From contig CAVSPR010000004.1 in NCBI GenBank assembly GCA_963729875.1, positions 56,886 through 120,885 of the forward strand: DNA of 64,000 bases. The letters are read 5' to 3'. Position 1 is the first letter of the stretch. Every line of letters starts with the position of its first letter. The stretch comes from an uncultured Acidobacteriota bacterium (GTDB taxonomy: Bacteria > Acidobacteriota > Vicinamibacteria > Fen-336). A program made the position numbers and the translations under genes. Below the pieces are notes generated by a model, which did no database searches, was not told the DNA's origin, and was given only the letters and a program-made list of their open reading frames with translations. This document shows positions 21,784 through 30,680 of the stretch, one piece after another.

Positions 21784-22595
21784 CCCCCCGCCCCGCGGAA
21801 ACCGCGCTGGCGAGCCGCCTCGAACAGCACGAGCGCCGCCGCCACGCCGACGTTCAGGCTCTCGACCGGCCCCGCGAGGGGAACGCGCAGGCGGGCGGCG
21901 GCGCGCCGGCGCACCGCCGCCGGGAGGCCGGCGCCCTCGCTCCCGACCACGAGCGCCACCGGCCCCCGCAGGTCGGCCTCGTCGTAGCGACGCTCGCCGT
22001 CGGCGGCGGCGGCGAGCACCGCGACCCCGCGTGCCTCGAGCACGTCGAGCGCCTGCTCGATGGCGAGCCCGCGGAGGAGGGGGAGGCGGAACGCGCTTCC
22101 CATCGAGCCGCGCAGGGCCTTCCACGAGAAGGGGTCGGCGCACCCCGTGGTCAGGATCGCACCGCTCGACCCGGCGGCCTCGGCCGTGCGCAGCAGGCCG
22201 CCGAGGTTGCCCGGGTTCTGCACCCCGTCCGCCACGACCACGAGGGGTGTGCCGCGGAAGACCCGTTCCTCCTCGAGAGCGGGGCGGCGCGCCAGGGCGA
22301 GCACGCCCTGCGACGTCTCGGCTTCCGAGAGCGAGGCGAAGAGCTCCGCGGTGAGCCTCCGCACCGGCACCTCGCGACCGCGCAGGGCCGAGAGGGCGGC
22401 GGCTCCGGCGGGCGAGGCCTCGGCCCGTGGCGAGGTGGCGGCCTCCGCCACGACGATCCCGGCGGCGAGCGCCTCGAGGACGAGCTTGGGACCCTCGAGC
22501 AGGCAAAGCTCTCGGTCCCCCCCGCGCTCCTTGAGCGCGCGAAGCCGCTTGTAGAGCGGGTTGTCTCGGCTGCGGAGCGTCTCGTCGGCGGGCAT
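21780..22595 (-). CDS. TrmH/SpoU-family RNA 2'-O-methyltransferase
   Basis: [51 protein letters not shown] 22595 is preferred over GTG 22622 because the AT-rich promoter box lies in between. Confidence 0.85.
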   Translation of the reverse strand: MPADETLRSRDNPLYKRLRALKERGGDRELCLLEGPKLVLEALAAGIVVAEAATSPRAEASPAGAAALSALRGREVPVRRLTAELFASLSEAETSQGVLALARRPALEEERVFRGTPLVVVADGVQNPGNLGGLLRTAEAAGSSGAILTTGCADPFSWKALRGSMGSAFRLPLLRGLAIEQALDVLEARGVAVLAAAADGERRYDEADLRGPVALVVGSEGAGLPAAVRRRAAARLRVPLAGPVESLNVGVAAALVLFEAARQRGFRGAGG

Positions 22596-22610
22596 CGGCG
22601 GGAAGAGGCG

Positions 22611-22619
22611 TGATAATAT
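22611..22619 (+). promoter_or_regulatory. candidate extended -10 box TGaTAATAT for greA (the reverse complement also reads TATTAT for the divergent gene)
   Basis: This is the only AT-rich element in the 22596-22664 spacer, 45 nt upstream of ATG 22665. Confidence 0.45.
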
Positions 22620-22664
22620 CACCGGACGTTCGCCCCGGCCGGGGCGACGCTACCCCGGGAAATC

Positions 22665-23150
22665 ATGATCGATCTCAAGAAAAGGCTTCAGGACGAGATC
22701 CAGCAGCTCGACTACGAGCTCAGGGTGCACCTGCCCAAGGAGATCCTGAAGGCCCGCGAGCACGGAGACCTCCGCGAGAACGCCGAGTACAAGTCGGCCA
22801 AGGAGAGGCAGAGCTTTCTCCAGGCCCGGGTGGCGCAGCTGCACCGGCGGCTGGCCGCCCTCAACATGGTGAACCTCGACCGCATCCCGCGGGACAAGGT
22901 CGGCCTCGGCTCCACCGTCACGGTCCGCCAGGAGGACACCGGCGAGGAGGTCGTCTTCGAGATCGTGGTCCCCGAGGACGCCGACCCCACGATCGGCCGG
23001 ATCTCGCCCTCCTCGCCCATCGGGAAGTGCCTCCTCGGGCACGAGGAGGGCGACTCGGTCGAGGTGCGCGTCCCCTCGGGGACGAAGTCGTACGAGATCA
23101 CGAAGCTCGTCACCATCCACGAGCAGGCGAGCGAGCAGCCGTCGGCGTGA
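22665..23150 (+). CDS. greA: transcription elongation factor GreA
   Basis: LKKRLQDEIQQL..EHGDLRENAEYKSAKERQSFLQARVAQL coiled coil; C-terminal ISPSSPIGKCLLGHEEGDSVEV. Confidence 0.95.
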   Translation: MIDLKKRLQDEIQQLDYELRVHLPKEILKAREHGDLRENAEYKSAKERQSFLQARVAQLHRRLAALNMVNLDRIPRDKVGLGSTVTVRQEDTGEEVVFEIVVPEDADPTIGRISPSSPIGKCLLGHEEGDSVEVRVPSGTKSYEITKLVTIHEQASEQPSA

Positions 23151-24172
23151 GCCCGCTCGCGCTCGCCTTCGTCCCCCTCGCCGGCGATGTCGCGGGGGCG
23201 CTCGCGAGGGTGCCCTCCGCCCCGGGCGTCGGCCAGATCCTCGGCCCCGAGGGCCGGAGCCTGCTCGTCGCCACCGCGTCCAACCTGCGGCGGTGGGCCG
23301 GCTCGCACCTCGGCCTCGGGAGGCCGGCCGCTCCCGGGCGGCGGCCCCGGACGAACCTCGCCGGGATCGCCACCGCGATCGGCTGGGTCGAAGCGGACGG
23401 GGCCTTTCGGCAACGGCTGCTCTACGAGCGGCTCGTGGCGCCCCTCGTCCCCGTCGCGTCGCGCCGAGACCTCAAGCCGCCGGCGTTCCTCCACCTCGAC
23501 CCGTCCGAGCGCTTCCCCCGGGCGAGCGTGCGCGGCGCCGAGGGTGGCCCGCTCTTCGGCCCCTTCCGCGACCGGCGCGCGGCCGAGAAGGCGCGGGACG
23601 CCCTGCACCGCCTCTTCCCGCTGCGCCCGTGCGACTTCGCGTTCGAGCCCGACCCCGCCCTGCCGCTGGGCCTGGGCTGCCTCTACGCGCAGGTGCGCTC
23701 GTGCATGGCGCCCTGTCTCGCCCGCGTGGGCGAGGAGCAGTACCGCGCCCTGGCGGTGCGGGCGGCGGCGTGGCTCGGCGACCCGTCGGCGCGAGACGGC
23801 GCGCCCGCCGCCGTGCCCCCGGTCGTGTCGGCGGTGGACGCGGTGCGCGCGGTGATCGTCGACGCGGGGCGCCGCGAGGTCGGCCTCTTCCCGGTACGCC
23901 GGGGGCGCGTCCTCGAGGACGCGGCAGTGACGGTCCCGCCGGCCGAGCTCGAAGTGGCCGTGGCCCGGCTCGCCTGGCCGGAGGCCGACGGCCCCGACGA
24001 CTGGCCGTGGCTCGGGGGGTGGCTGCGCGGCCCGCGGGGCCGCGCCTCCTGGGTGGCCCCGTGCGGGGAGGACCGCGACGCGCTGGTCGCGGCCGTCCGC
24101 GCGGCGCTGCCCCCGCGCTTCGCCGTCGCCGAGCGCGGTGATAACGTAGGGTCCACCCGGGGGGAGGCGTGA
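23147..24172 (+). CDS. UvrC N-terminal-half paralog with degenerate GIY-YIG motif
   Basis: GTG 23147 overlaps the greA stop (GTGA). PGVGQILGPEGRSLLVATASNLRRW versus UvrC PGVYLFKGAEGGILYVGKARVLRDR. GPFRDRRAAEKARDALHRLFPLRPC..CLYAQVRSCMAPCLARVGEEQYRAL versus UvrC GPYIPASLGRKTAGLVRKLFGIRSC..CLQHQIKRCLAPCVAEVCRLDRYRRS. No RNase H/HhH half. Confidence 0.6.
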   Translation: MSPLALAFVPLAGDVAGALARVPSAPGVGQILGPEGRSLLVATASNLRRWAGSHLGLGRPAAPGRRPRTNLAGIATAIGWVEADGAFRQRLLYERLVAPLVPVASRRDLKPPAFLHLDPSERFPRASVRGAEGGPLFGPFRDRRAAEKARDALHRLFPLRPCDFAFEPDPALPLGLGCLYAQVRSCMAPCLARVGEEQYRALAVRAAAWLGDPSARDGAPAAVPPVVSAVDAVRAVIVDAGRREVGLFPVRRGRVLEDAAVTVPPAELEVAVARLAWPEADGPDDWPWLGGWLRGPRGRASWVAPCGEDRDALVAAVRAALPPRFAVAERGDNVGSTRGEA

Positions 24173-25527
24173 GGGACTATTCGCCGAAGCGGCGCACGGC
24201 GCTCGTCTTCACGGGCGCCGGCTCGACGGGGGCCTACCACGCGGGCGTGCTGAGCGCCCTCGACGAGACCGGCGTGAAGATCGACCTCGTGGTCGGCTCC
24301 GGGATCGGGGTCGTCTCCGCGGCCTACGCGGCGGTCGGGGGCGGGCCGAAGCTCCATGGCAAGGGCGGCTTCTGGGACGGCGTGCGCTGGAGCTCGTTCT
24401 ACCGGGTGCGGCCCACCGTCCGCCTCGCGCTCGCTCTCGTCGGCACCTCCTTCGCCATCTTCGCGCTCCCCGTGCTGCTCGGCGTCCTGCTCGGCGTCCT
24501 CTTCCCGCTCCTGCTGATCGCCGACCGGGTCTCGCCCGGCGTCGCCTCGCGGGCGCTCTCCCTCCTGTGGGTCGCGCCCGAGGCCCTGAGCGGCCCCTAC
24601 CTCGCGGCGCAGGCGGTGCCCGTGTTCGCCCTCGCCATGCTGGCGATCGGGACGGCGGCGGTCGCATACCTCCGCGACCGGCGGCGCTTCGCCGAGGCCT
24701 TCGAGTCGCTTCTCGACGCCGACCGCGGCCTGGACCGGCTCCGCCGGGGCCTGTGGGACATCGCCCGCGGCGCGGCGCTCTCGGGCGGTCCGCCGAGCGA
24801 GGCCGAGCTGGGCCGCCGCTACGTGGCGCTCCTCGCCGAGAACCTGGGGGAGCCCGGCTTCCGCGAGCTGGTGCTGCGCACGGCCGACCTGGACCGGGGG
24901 GAGGCGCTCTGCTTCACCGTGCTCCGGGACGGCCAGGAGCGGGCCCGGGCGACGGCGCTCGCGGGCTCCGTGGACCTGCGCGCGCCGGGCCACGGCGTGC
25001 TGCTCTTCGACGCCCTGGCCACCGGCCTCCTGTGCCCGATGGCGATGCCGCTGCGCCGGGTCGCCTTCCCGAGGGGTGCTCTGCACGGCGGCGAGACGCA
25101 CCGCCTGACCGACGCCACGTTCGTGGGCGGGAGCGGGATCGCCGAGGCCCTCGCCGCCGGGGCGGAGCAGGTGATCGTCGTGACCGGGGTCCCCGAGGTG
25201 GCGGCCCCGCTCGCCCGCCGCCGGGGACCGCTCGCGCGGATCGACGCGACCGTGCGCGCGCTCGAGCGTCGGGCCGCGGACGAGATCGGCCTCCTCCACG
25301 ACGAGGTCGACCTCTGGGTCATCCGGCCGGACCACCGGGCCCTCGGGCCGATGGAGCTCGACGGGACGTGCGACCCCGCGACCGAGGTCCTCCAGACGAC
25401 GGACGACCTCCTGGAGCTCGGCTTCCGCGACGCCTACCGGCAGTTCGTGGAGCCGGTCGTGGGCCAGTCGCCGATCCCGCAGCGCGAGGAAGGGAAGTAC
25501 CGCGACACGCAGCCGGTCGGGCTCTAG
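24169..25527 (+). CDS. patatin-like phospholipase-domain protein with non-canonical active-site motifs and inserted membrane segments
   Basis: GTG 24169 overlaps the previous stop. LVFTGAGSTGAYHAGVLSALDETGVKIDLVVGSGIGVVSAAY aligns to the patatin GGGxxG..GxSxG region, but the nucleophile position reads GSGIG. Hydrophobic stretches LALALVGTSFAIFALPVLLGVLLGVLFPLLLI and AVPVFALAMLAIGTAAVAY. Confidence 0.65.
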   Translation: MRDYSPKRRTALVFTGAGSTGAYHAGVLSALDETGVKIDLVVGSGIGVVSAAYAAVGGGPKLHGKGGFWDGVRWSSFYRVRPTVRLALALVGTSFAIFALPVLLGVLLGVLFPLLLIADRVSPGVASRALSLLWVAPEALSGPYLAAQAVPVFALAMLAIGTAAVAYLRDRRRFAEAFESLLDADRGLDRLRRGLWDIARGAALSGGPPSEAELGRRYVALLAENLGEPGFRELVLRTADLDRGEALCFTVLRDGQERARATALAGSVDLRAPGHGVLLFDALATGLLCPMAMPLRRVAFPRGALHGGETHRLTDATFVGGSGIAEALAAGAEQVIVVTGVPEVAAPLARRRGPLARIDATVRALERRAADEIGLLHDEVDLWVIRPDHRALGPMELDGTCDPATEVLQTTDDLLELGFRDAYRQFVEPVVGQSPIPQREEGKYRDTQPVGL

Positions 25528-25562
25528 GCCCGGGGCCGCGGGCGTCCCGGGGGAGGGGAACT

Positions 25563-26732
25563 GTGAGCGATCGCGGGCCGGGGACGAGGGCGGTGCACGG
25601 GCGGCGCGCGGCGCGCCCCGGCCCGCTCGCCGTGCCCATCGTCCAGAGCTCCACCTTCGCGTTCGCCTCGGCGGCGCAGATGCGCCGCTACCTGGAGGGC
25701 GACGAGGAGCTCTTCCTCTACACGCGCTACGCCAACCCGACCGTGAGGGAGCTCGAGGAGGCGCTCGCCGCGGTCGAGACGGCGGAGGCCGCGCTCGCCC
25801 TCTCCTCCGGCATGGCGGCCATGACGACGGCGCTCCTGTCCCTGGTGGGCAGCGGCGAGGAGATCCTCGCGAGCGCCTCGCTGTACGGCGGGACCGTGAG
25901 GCTCCTCACCGGGTTCCTGCCGCGCCTCGGCGTCAGGGCGCGCTTCGTTCCGACGGCGCAGCTCGAGCGGGTCGACCGCGTGGCGGGCGAGAGCAGCCGG
26001 GTCCTCGTCCTCGAGAGCCCGACCAACCCGACCCTCGACGTGGTGGACCTCCAGGCGGTGTGCGCGTCGGCGCACGCGCGCGGCCTCGTGGTCGTGGTCG
26101 ACAACACCTTCGCCACCCCGCACCTCCAGCAGCCGCTCGCGCTGGGCGCCGACCTCGTCATGCACAGCCTGACCAAGGCCCTGGCCGGCCACAGCGACGT
26201 GATCGGGGGGGCCCTGGCGGGGCCTTCGGCCCGGATCGAGGCCGCCCGGTCGGTCATGCGGGTCCTCGGCGGGTGCATGGACCCCCACGCCGCCTTCCTC
26301 GTCCTGCGGGGGATGAAGACCCTGCACCTGCGCGTCGAGCGGCAGTGTGAGAACGCCCTCGCGCTCGCCCGCCGGCTCGAGGGCCACCCGGCGCTCCGCC
26401 GCGTCCTGTACCCGGGCCTCGCCTCCCACCCCGGCCACACCGTCGCGCAACGCCAGATGCGCGCCTTCGGTGGGATGGTGACGCTCGTTCTCGAGGGCGG
26501 TCTCCCCGCGGCCGAGCGCTTCTACGACCGCCTCGGTGTCGTCGCCCGCGCGGCGAGCCTCGGGGGCGTCGAGTCGCTGGCGAGCCTGCCGGTCCACACG
26601 TCGCACCACGGCCTGCCCGAGGAGGCGCTGCGCGAGGCGGGCATCGACCCCGGCATGGTGCGGCTTTCGGTGGGGGTCGAGGACGCGGGCGACCTGGTGG
26701 CGGACGTCGAGCAGGCTCTGTCGGGGGAGTAG
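25563..26732 (+). CDS. Cys/Met-metabolism PLP-dependent enzyme (cystathionine gamma-synthase / beta-lyase / methionine gamma-lyase family)
   Basis: VPIVQSSTFAF, YTRYANPTVRELE, SSGMAAM, ESPTNPTL, VDNTFATP, HSLTKALAGHSDV (PLP lysine), LGGVESL. Confidence 0.9.
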   Translation: MSDRGPGTRAVHGRRAARPGPLAVPIVQSSTFAFASAAQMRRYLEGDEELFLYTRYANPTVRELEEALAAVETAEAALALSSGMAAMTTALLSLVGSGEEILASASLYGGTVRLLTGFLPRLGVRARFVPTAQLERVDRVAGESSRVLVLESPTNPTLDVVDLQAVCASAHARGLVVVVDNTFATPHLQQPLALGADLVMHSLTKALAGHSDVIGGALAGPSARIEAARSVMRVLGGCMDPHAAFLVLRGMKTLHLRVERQCENALALARRLEGHPALRRVLYPGLASHPGHTVAQRQMRAFGGMVTLVLEGGLPAAERFYDRLGVVARAASLGGVESLASLPVHTSHHGLPEEALREAGIDPGMVRLSVGVEDAGDLVADVEQALSGE

Positions 26733-26744
26733 GGCGGCGCCTGC

Positions 26745-27293
26745 GTGCTGCCTCCCCTCCAGCAGCGGCTCGTGGACGTCGGCCTCGTGGGCCTCGGCCT
26801 CTACTTCGCGGTCCAGCTCGCGCGGGGGATCGCCGGCTACCTTCGCTACCGGCGCGTGGCCCCCACCGCCCTCATCACCTGGCCGGCACCGGCGCCGGCC
26901 CAGCTGCCCTGGCTGTTCCTGCTCGGCCTGCTGGGCGCGGCGACGGCCGCCTTCAACGCCTGGATGGGCCGGCCGCTCCTCCACGTGGTCGGGCTCGGCC
27001 TGATGGCGGTCTACTTCCTCGGCCTCGTGCCCCTGGCGCGGCGCATCCGCCTGGGCCTCTACCGCGACGGCGTCTGGGCGCACCGCGGCTTCCTGCGGTG
27101 GGGCGACGTGGCTCGGATCGCGTTCGTGGAGAGGCCGCAGATCGTCGTCCTGCTGCTGCAGCCGCGGCGGGGCCGCGCGTCCTTCAAGCTGCCGGTGCCG
27201 GGGGCGGAGTACGGCACGGTCCGAAAGCTCATCGAGGAGAAGGCCCGTGCCGGCGCCCTCCGCCTCGACCCGGGGATCCTGGGGCTCGCGTAG
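26745..27293 (+). CDS. membrane protein, unknown function
   Basis: 182 aa. Three N-terminal helices (LVDVGLVGLGLYFAVQLARGIAGYL, LPWLFLLGLLGAATAAF, LLHVVGLGLMAVYFLGLVPLA), then a soluble tail. High GC3. Confidence 0.6.
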   Translation: MLPPLQQRLVDVGLVGLGLYFAVQLARGIAGYLRYRRVAPTALITWPAPAPAQLPWLFLLGLLGAATAAFNAWMGRPLLHVVGLGLMAVYFLGLVPLARRIRLGLYRDGVWAHRGFLRWGDVARIAFVERPQIVVLLLQPRRGRASFKLPVPGAEYGTVRKLIEEKARAGALRLDPGILGLA

Positions 27294-27295
27294 TT

Positions 27296-27318
27296 GGCCG
27301 CCCGCCCCCGCGGTTTTT
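27296..27318 (+). terminator. weak GC hairpin followed by TTTTT
   Basis: ..GGCCGCCCGCCCCCGCGGTTTTT. A run of five T (27314-27318) is rare in this sequence and sits right after the stop at 27293. Confidence 0.35.
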
Positions 27319-27366
27319 GCCTTTCTTGACGGACCCGGGGATGGGGGTTGAGGTAGGCTCCCCTCG

Positions 27367-28242
27367 ATGCCTCCCCTTCGCCGTCGTTGCGGACAGGTGT
27401 CGGCGGTCGCCGCGCTCGCCGCGACGCTCGCGGCGGGGGCGGCTCGTGCCGACGGGCCGGTCGGCTCGCACGTGAGGGCGTCCCTCGTCGCGGAGACGGA
27501 CGCGGTCCGCCCCGGCCAGGCGCTCACCGTCGGCATCCGGCTCGAGATGGAGAAGGGGTGGCACACCTACTGGCGCAATCCCGGCGACTCCGGGCTGCCG
27601 ACGCGCGTGCGGTGGCAGCTGCCGTCGGGGTTCGAGGCTGGAGACGTCGGCTGGCCCTACCCCATCCGCTTCGCGACCGGTCCCCTCGTCAGCTACGGCT
27701 ACGAGCACGAGGTGCTGCTGCCCGTCGAGATCCGGGTGCCCCCGTCGATCGCCGGCCGCGAGGTGCGGATCGCGGGCCGCGTCGACTGGCTCGAGTGCCG
27801 CGAGACCTGCGTGCCGGGGAAGGCCGAGCTGTCGCTGACTCTGCCCGTGCGGGGTGAGGCCGTGCCCGGGCCGCACGCCGCACTCGTCGCCGAGGCCCGC
27901 CGGCGCCTGCCCGGGAAGGACCCGGCATGGCGGTTCTCGGCGTCGGCCAGCGGCCCGGTCTACCGTCTCGTGCTGCGCCCGCCCCGCTCGGCGGAGCTGA
28001 CGGGAGCCTACTTCTACCCCGTGACGCAGGGGCTGCTCGACCACGCGAAGCCGCAGGAGCTGGTGCGCGATGGCGCCGGCCACCGCCTCACCCTCGCCCG
28101 CGACCCGAACGGCACGCCGGCGGCGCGTCTCGCCGGCGTCCTGGTCGCCGAGACGACCCGGGGGACCGTCGCGCTCGAGGTGGACGCTCCCCTCGTCCCC
28201 GGTGCCGCCCGAGCCTCGATCACACAGGAGACAGAGCCATGA
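27367..28242 (+). CDS. secreted protein with DsbD N-terminal-like (thiol:disulfide interchange) domain
   Basis: Signal-like MPPLRRRCGQVSAVAALAATLAAGAARA. LEMEKGWHTYWRNPGDSGLPT..GWPYP..VDWLECRETCVPG matches the DsbD alpha-domain / DsbC-corrector pattern. Confidence 0.7.
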   Translation: MPPLRRRCGQVSAVAALAATLAAGAARADGPVGSHVRASLVAETDAVRPGQALTVGIRLEMEKGWHTYWRNPGDSGLPTRVRWQLPSGFEAGDVGWPYPIRFATGPLVSYGYEHEVLLPVEIRVPPSIAGREVRIAGRVDWLECRETCVPGKAELSLTLPVRGEAVPGPHAALVAEARRRLPGKDPAWRFSASASGPVYRLVLRPPRSAELTGAYFYPVTQGLLDHAKPQELVRDGAGHRLTLARDPNGTPAARLAGVLVAETTRGTVALEVDAPLVPGAARASITQETEP

Positions 28243-28838
28243 GAAGACTCGCGTTCGTCCTCGCCCTCGCCGCCGCCGCTCCCGCCGCCGCCCAGGCCGT
28301 GGTGGGCCAGGCCGCCCCGGCCTTCACGCTCACCGACAGCAACGGCAAGGCCCGCTCGCTCGCCGACTTCGGGGGCAAGGTGGTCGTGCTCGAGTGGTGG
28401 AACTACGAGTGCCCGTTCGTGGGCAAGCACTACGGCAGCGGGAACATGCAGAAGCTGCAGAAGGAGTGGACGGCGAAGGGCGTCGTGTGGCTCACCGTCA
28501 GCTCCTCCGCCCCCGGCAAGCAGGGTTTCGTGGACGGGGCGAAGGCCAACGCGCTCGTCAAGGAGAAGGGGGGCGCGGCGACCGCGGTGCTGCTCGACCA
28601 CGACGGCAAGGTGGGCAAGGTCTACGGCGCGAAGACCACCCCGCACATGTACGTGGTCGACGCGAAGGGCGCCCTCGCGTACGCCGGCGGGATCGACGAC
28701 AAGCCCTCGACGGACCAGGCGGACATCGCCACCGCCCGCAACCACGTGGCGGCGGCGCTCGCCGAGATGACGGCGGGCAAGGCGGTCACCGTCGCGACCA
28801 GCCCGCCCTACGGCTGCGGCGTCAAGTACGTGCAGTAG
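28239..28838 (+). CDS. secreted thioredoxin-fold redoxin (AhpC/TSA-like)
   Basis: ATG overlaps the previous stop (ATGA). Signal MRRLAFVLALAAAAPAAAQA. APAFTLTDSNGKARSLADFGGKVVVLEWWNYECPFVGKHY..TTPHMYVVD. Confidence 0.85.
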   Translation: MRRLAFVLALAAAAPAAAQAVVGQAAPAFTLTDSNGKARSLADFGGKVVVLEWWNYECPFVGKHYGSGNMQKLQKEWTAKGVVWLTVSSSAPGKQGFVDGAKANALVKEKGGAATAVLLDHDGKVGKVYGAKTTPHMYVVDAKGALAYAGGIDDKPSTDQADIATARNHVAAALAEMTAGKAVTVATSPPYGCGVKYVQ

Positions 28839-29643
28839 CCTCGGCGAGCGCCCCCGCCAGCCGCTCCCACGGCGGCTCGGCGGGGGTCCACTCCATCCGG
28901 TAGACGGGCACACGCTGCACGAGCTCGGCGACGACCGAAAGGGCGCATGACCAGAGCGGCGTCGCGAGCGGGACGGGGGTCGAAGCCAGCACCCGGCCCG
29001 CGGCCTCCGCGGGGCGCAGTCGCGTGAGGCGGAAGGCCGTCCCCTTCGCGAGGTCGACGAGGGCGACGAGGGGCGCCGGTCCGCAGCGGCCGCTCTCGCG
29101 CCCCTCCCCCCAGAACCCCGAGCGCACCAGCGCGAAGGGTCTCCCCGGCGCCACCGCCACGAGCTCGTCCGAGAGAACCGCGGAGGGGGCGGTCGCGGCC
29201 AACGTCGACTTGCCGGCCCCGGACGGACCGAAGAACGCGATGGCCCGTCCGTCGGCGACGATGCCGGCCGCGTGAAGAGGCAGCCCGCCGATCACCGGCA
29301 GGCGCGCCATCATCGCGGTGCGGATCACGGCCCCGAGCGGATAGGCCCGCTCCTCGCGCCGGAACAGGCCCGCGCGGGGGGTGAAGGGGTCGATCTCCGC
29401 GGTGAACAGGGCGTGGCTGCAGAGGAGCCGGTCGCCCGCCCAGCGCTGGACGGCGGGCTCCCAGCGCGGGAACAGCGACGGGTCGTCGCTCGTCCAGGGC
29501 GGCGCGTCGAGGAGCTCGACGCGGACGGGAGGCGGGCCGTCGGAGTCGTCGGGGTCGAGAGGCGCCACCACCTCGCGCTCCGCCGGGACGATGGCAGCGT
29601 CCGGCCCGACGGAGAATCGGATGCCCCCCGCCCGGAACCTCAC
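28822..29643 (-). CDS. HPr-kinase-C-terminal-like P-loop protein (HprK-related kinase of peptide-modification clusters)
   Basis: GTG 29643 overlaps the rSAM stop (GTGA). 274 aa, uninterrupted. LHAAGIVADGRAIAFFGPSGAGKSTLAA..LSDELVAV resembles the HprK catalytic core. Confidence 0.65.
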   Translation of the reverse strand: MRFRAGGIRFSVGPDAAIVPAEREVVAPLDPDDSDGPPPVRVELLDAPPWTSDDPSLFPRWEPAVQRWAGDRLLCSHALFTAEIDPFTPRAGLFRREERAYPLGAVIRTAMMARLPVIGGLPLHAAGIVADGRAIAFFGPSGAGKSTLAATAPSAVLSDELVAVAPGRPFALVRSGFWGEGRESGRCGPAPLVALVDLAKGTAFRLTRLRPAEAAGRVLASTPVPLATPLWSCALSVVAELVQRVPVYRMEWTPAEPPWERLAGALAEATART

Positions 29644-30680
29644 GCGGGCTCGAGGCGGAGGCGCGCCGCGATCTCGGCCCGCTGCCGGTGACCCTCTTCC
29701 ACCGCCAGGGGATCGCCCGTCCGCTGGAGGGCGAGGGCGGGGCAGAAGGGGAGGGAGGCGAGGGCACCGCCGGCCGCGACCAGCCGGTCGTTCGCGGCGC
29801 GAGAGACCGACACGGCCTCGAGCCGCTCCGCCGAGCCCGCCCACATCGCCGGCAGCGGGGTCTCGCGGACGTTGCCGAGGGGCGCACGCCGCCACTGGAT
29901 GCAGGGGTAGACGTTGCCCTCGGGGTCGACGGCGAGCGTCGTCAGCCCCACGCCGCAGTTCGTGCCCCCCTCCGCGCGCTCTTCGTGCGGCAGCCGGCCG
30001 ACCTCCTTGAGCAGGCGGTAGAGCCGCTCGACCGCCTCCGCCGAGGCTCGGTAGGCGAGCGGCCCCGGGTCGCCGTCGTCGCGGGGCGTGATGACGGGGT
30101 CGAAGCGCCAGGGCACGCCCCTCTCCTCCGCGATCCGCCTCATGCCGCTCCGTCTCTCCCTCGCTGAAGCAGGAGAGCGGGCGTCTTGAGCACGACCCCG
30201 ACCTTGCGGGCGAGGAGTCGGTCGAGGCCGCGGAGCATCGCGTCGAAGGAGCCGGGCGTCGCGGTGGCGCGGTCGTGGCTCTCGGCCCTCTCGCCGTGGA
30301 GGCTCATCTCGACGGCCATCGGTCGCAGCGCCGCCATCGCGTCGGCCATCGCCTCGGTGACGAGCGCGCCGTTGGTGAAGACGCGCAGGGCGAACGCGCG
30401 CTGCCGCACGCCGCGGGCGATCTCGAGGAACTGCGGGTGGGTGAGGGGCTCGCCCCCGGTGAGGGTCACGTAGAGCGTGCCGAGCTCGCGCAGGCCGTCG
30501 AGGACGGCCAGCCACTCGGCGGTGGAGAGGCCCGCGAACGTCGTGGTGGCGGGGGTTGTAGCAGAAGACGCACCGCCAGTTGCAGCGGTAGGTGAGCTCG
30601 AGGCTCGCCGAGATCGGCTGCGCCCGGTCGCGGGCCAGTCTGCTTCAGTCGCGCCGGAGGGCGTCCAGGTCGAGTGCCAT
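29640..30680 (-). pseudogene. radical SAM / SPASM-domain peptide-maturase-like enzyme; three +1 frameshifts and one in-frame TGA in this sequence
   Basis: MALDLDALRRD-TGA-SRLARDRAQPISASLELTYRCNWRCVFCYNP (CX3CX2C). LSTAEWLAVLDGLRELGTLYVTLTGGEPLTHPQFLEIA..MSLHGERAESHD. C-terminal GGTNCGVGLTTLAVDPEGNVYPCIQW..LPFCPA (SPASM cysteines). Shifts at ~30535-30552, GGG 30179-30181 and ~30144-30146. The ATG shares its A with the PqqD-like stop (TGATG). Confidence 0.8.
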
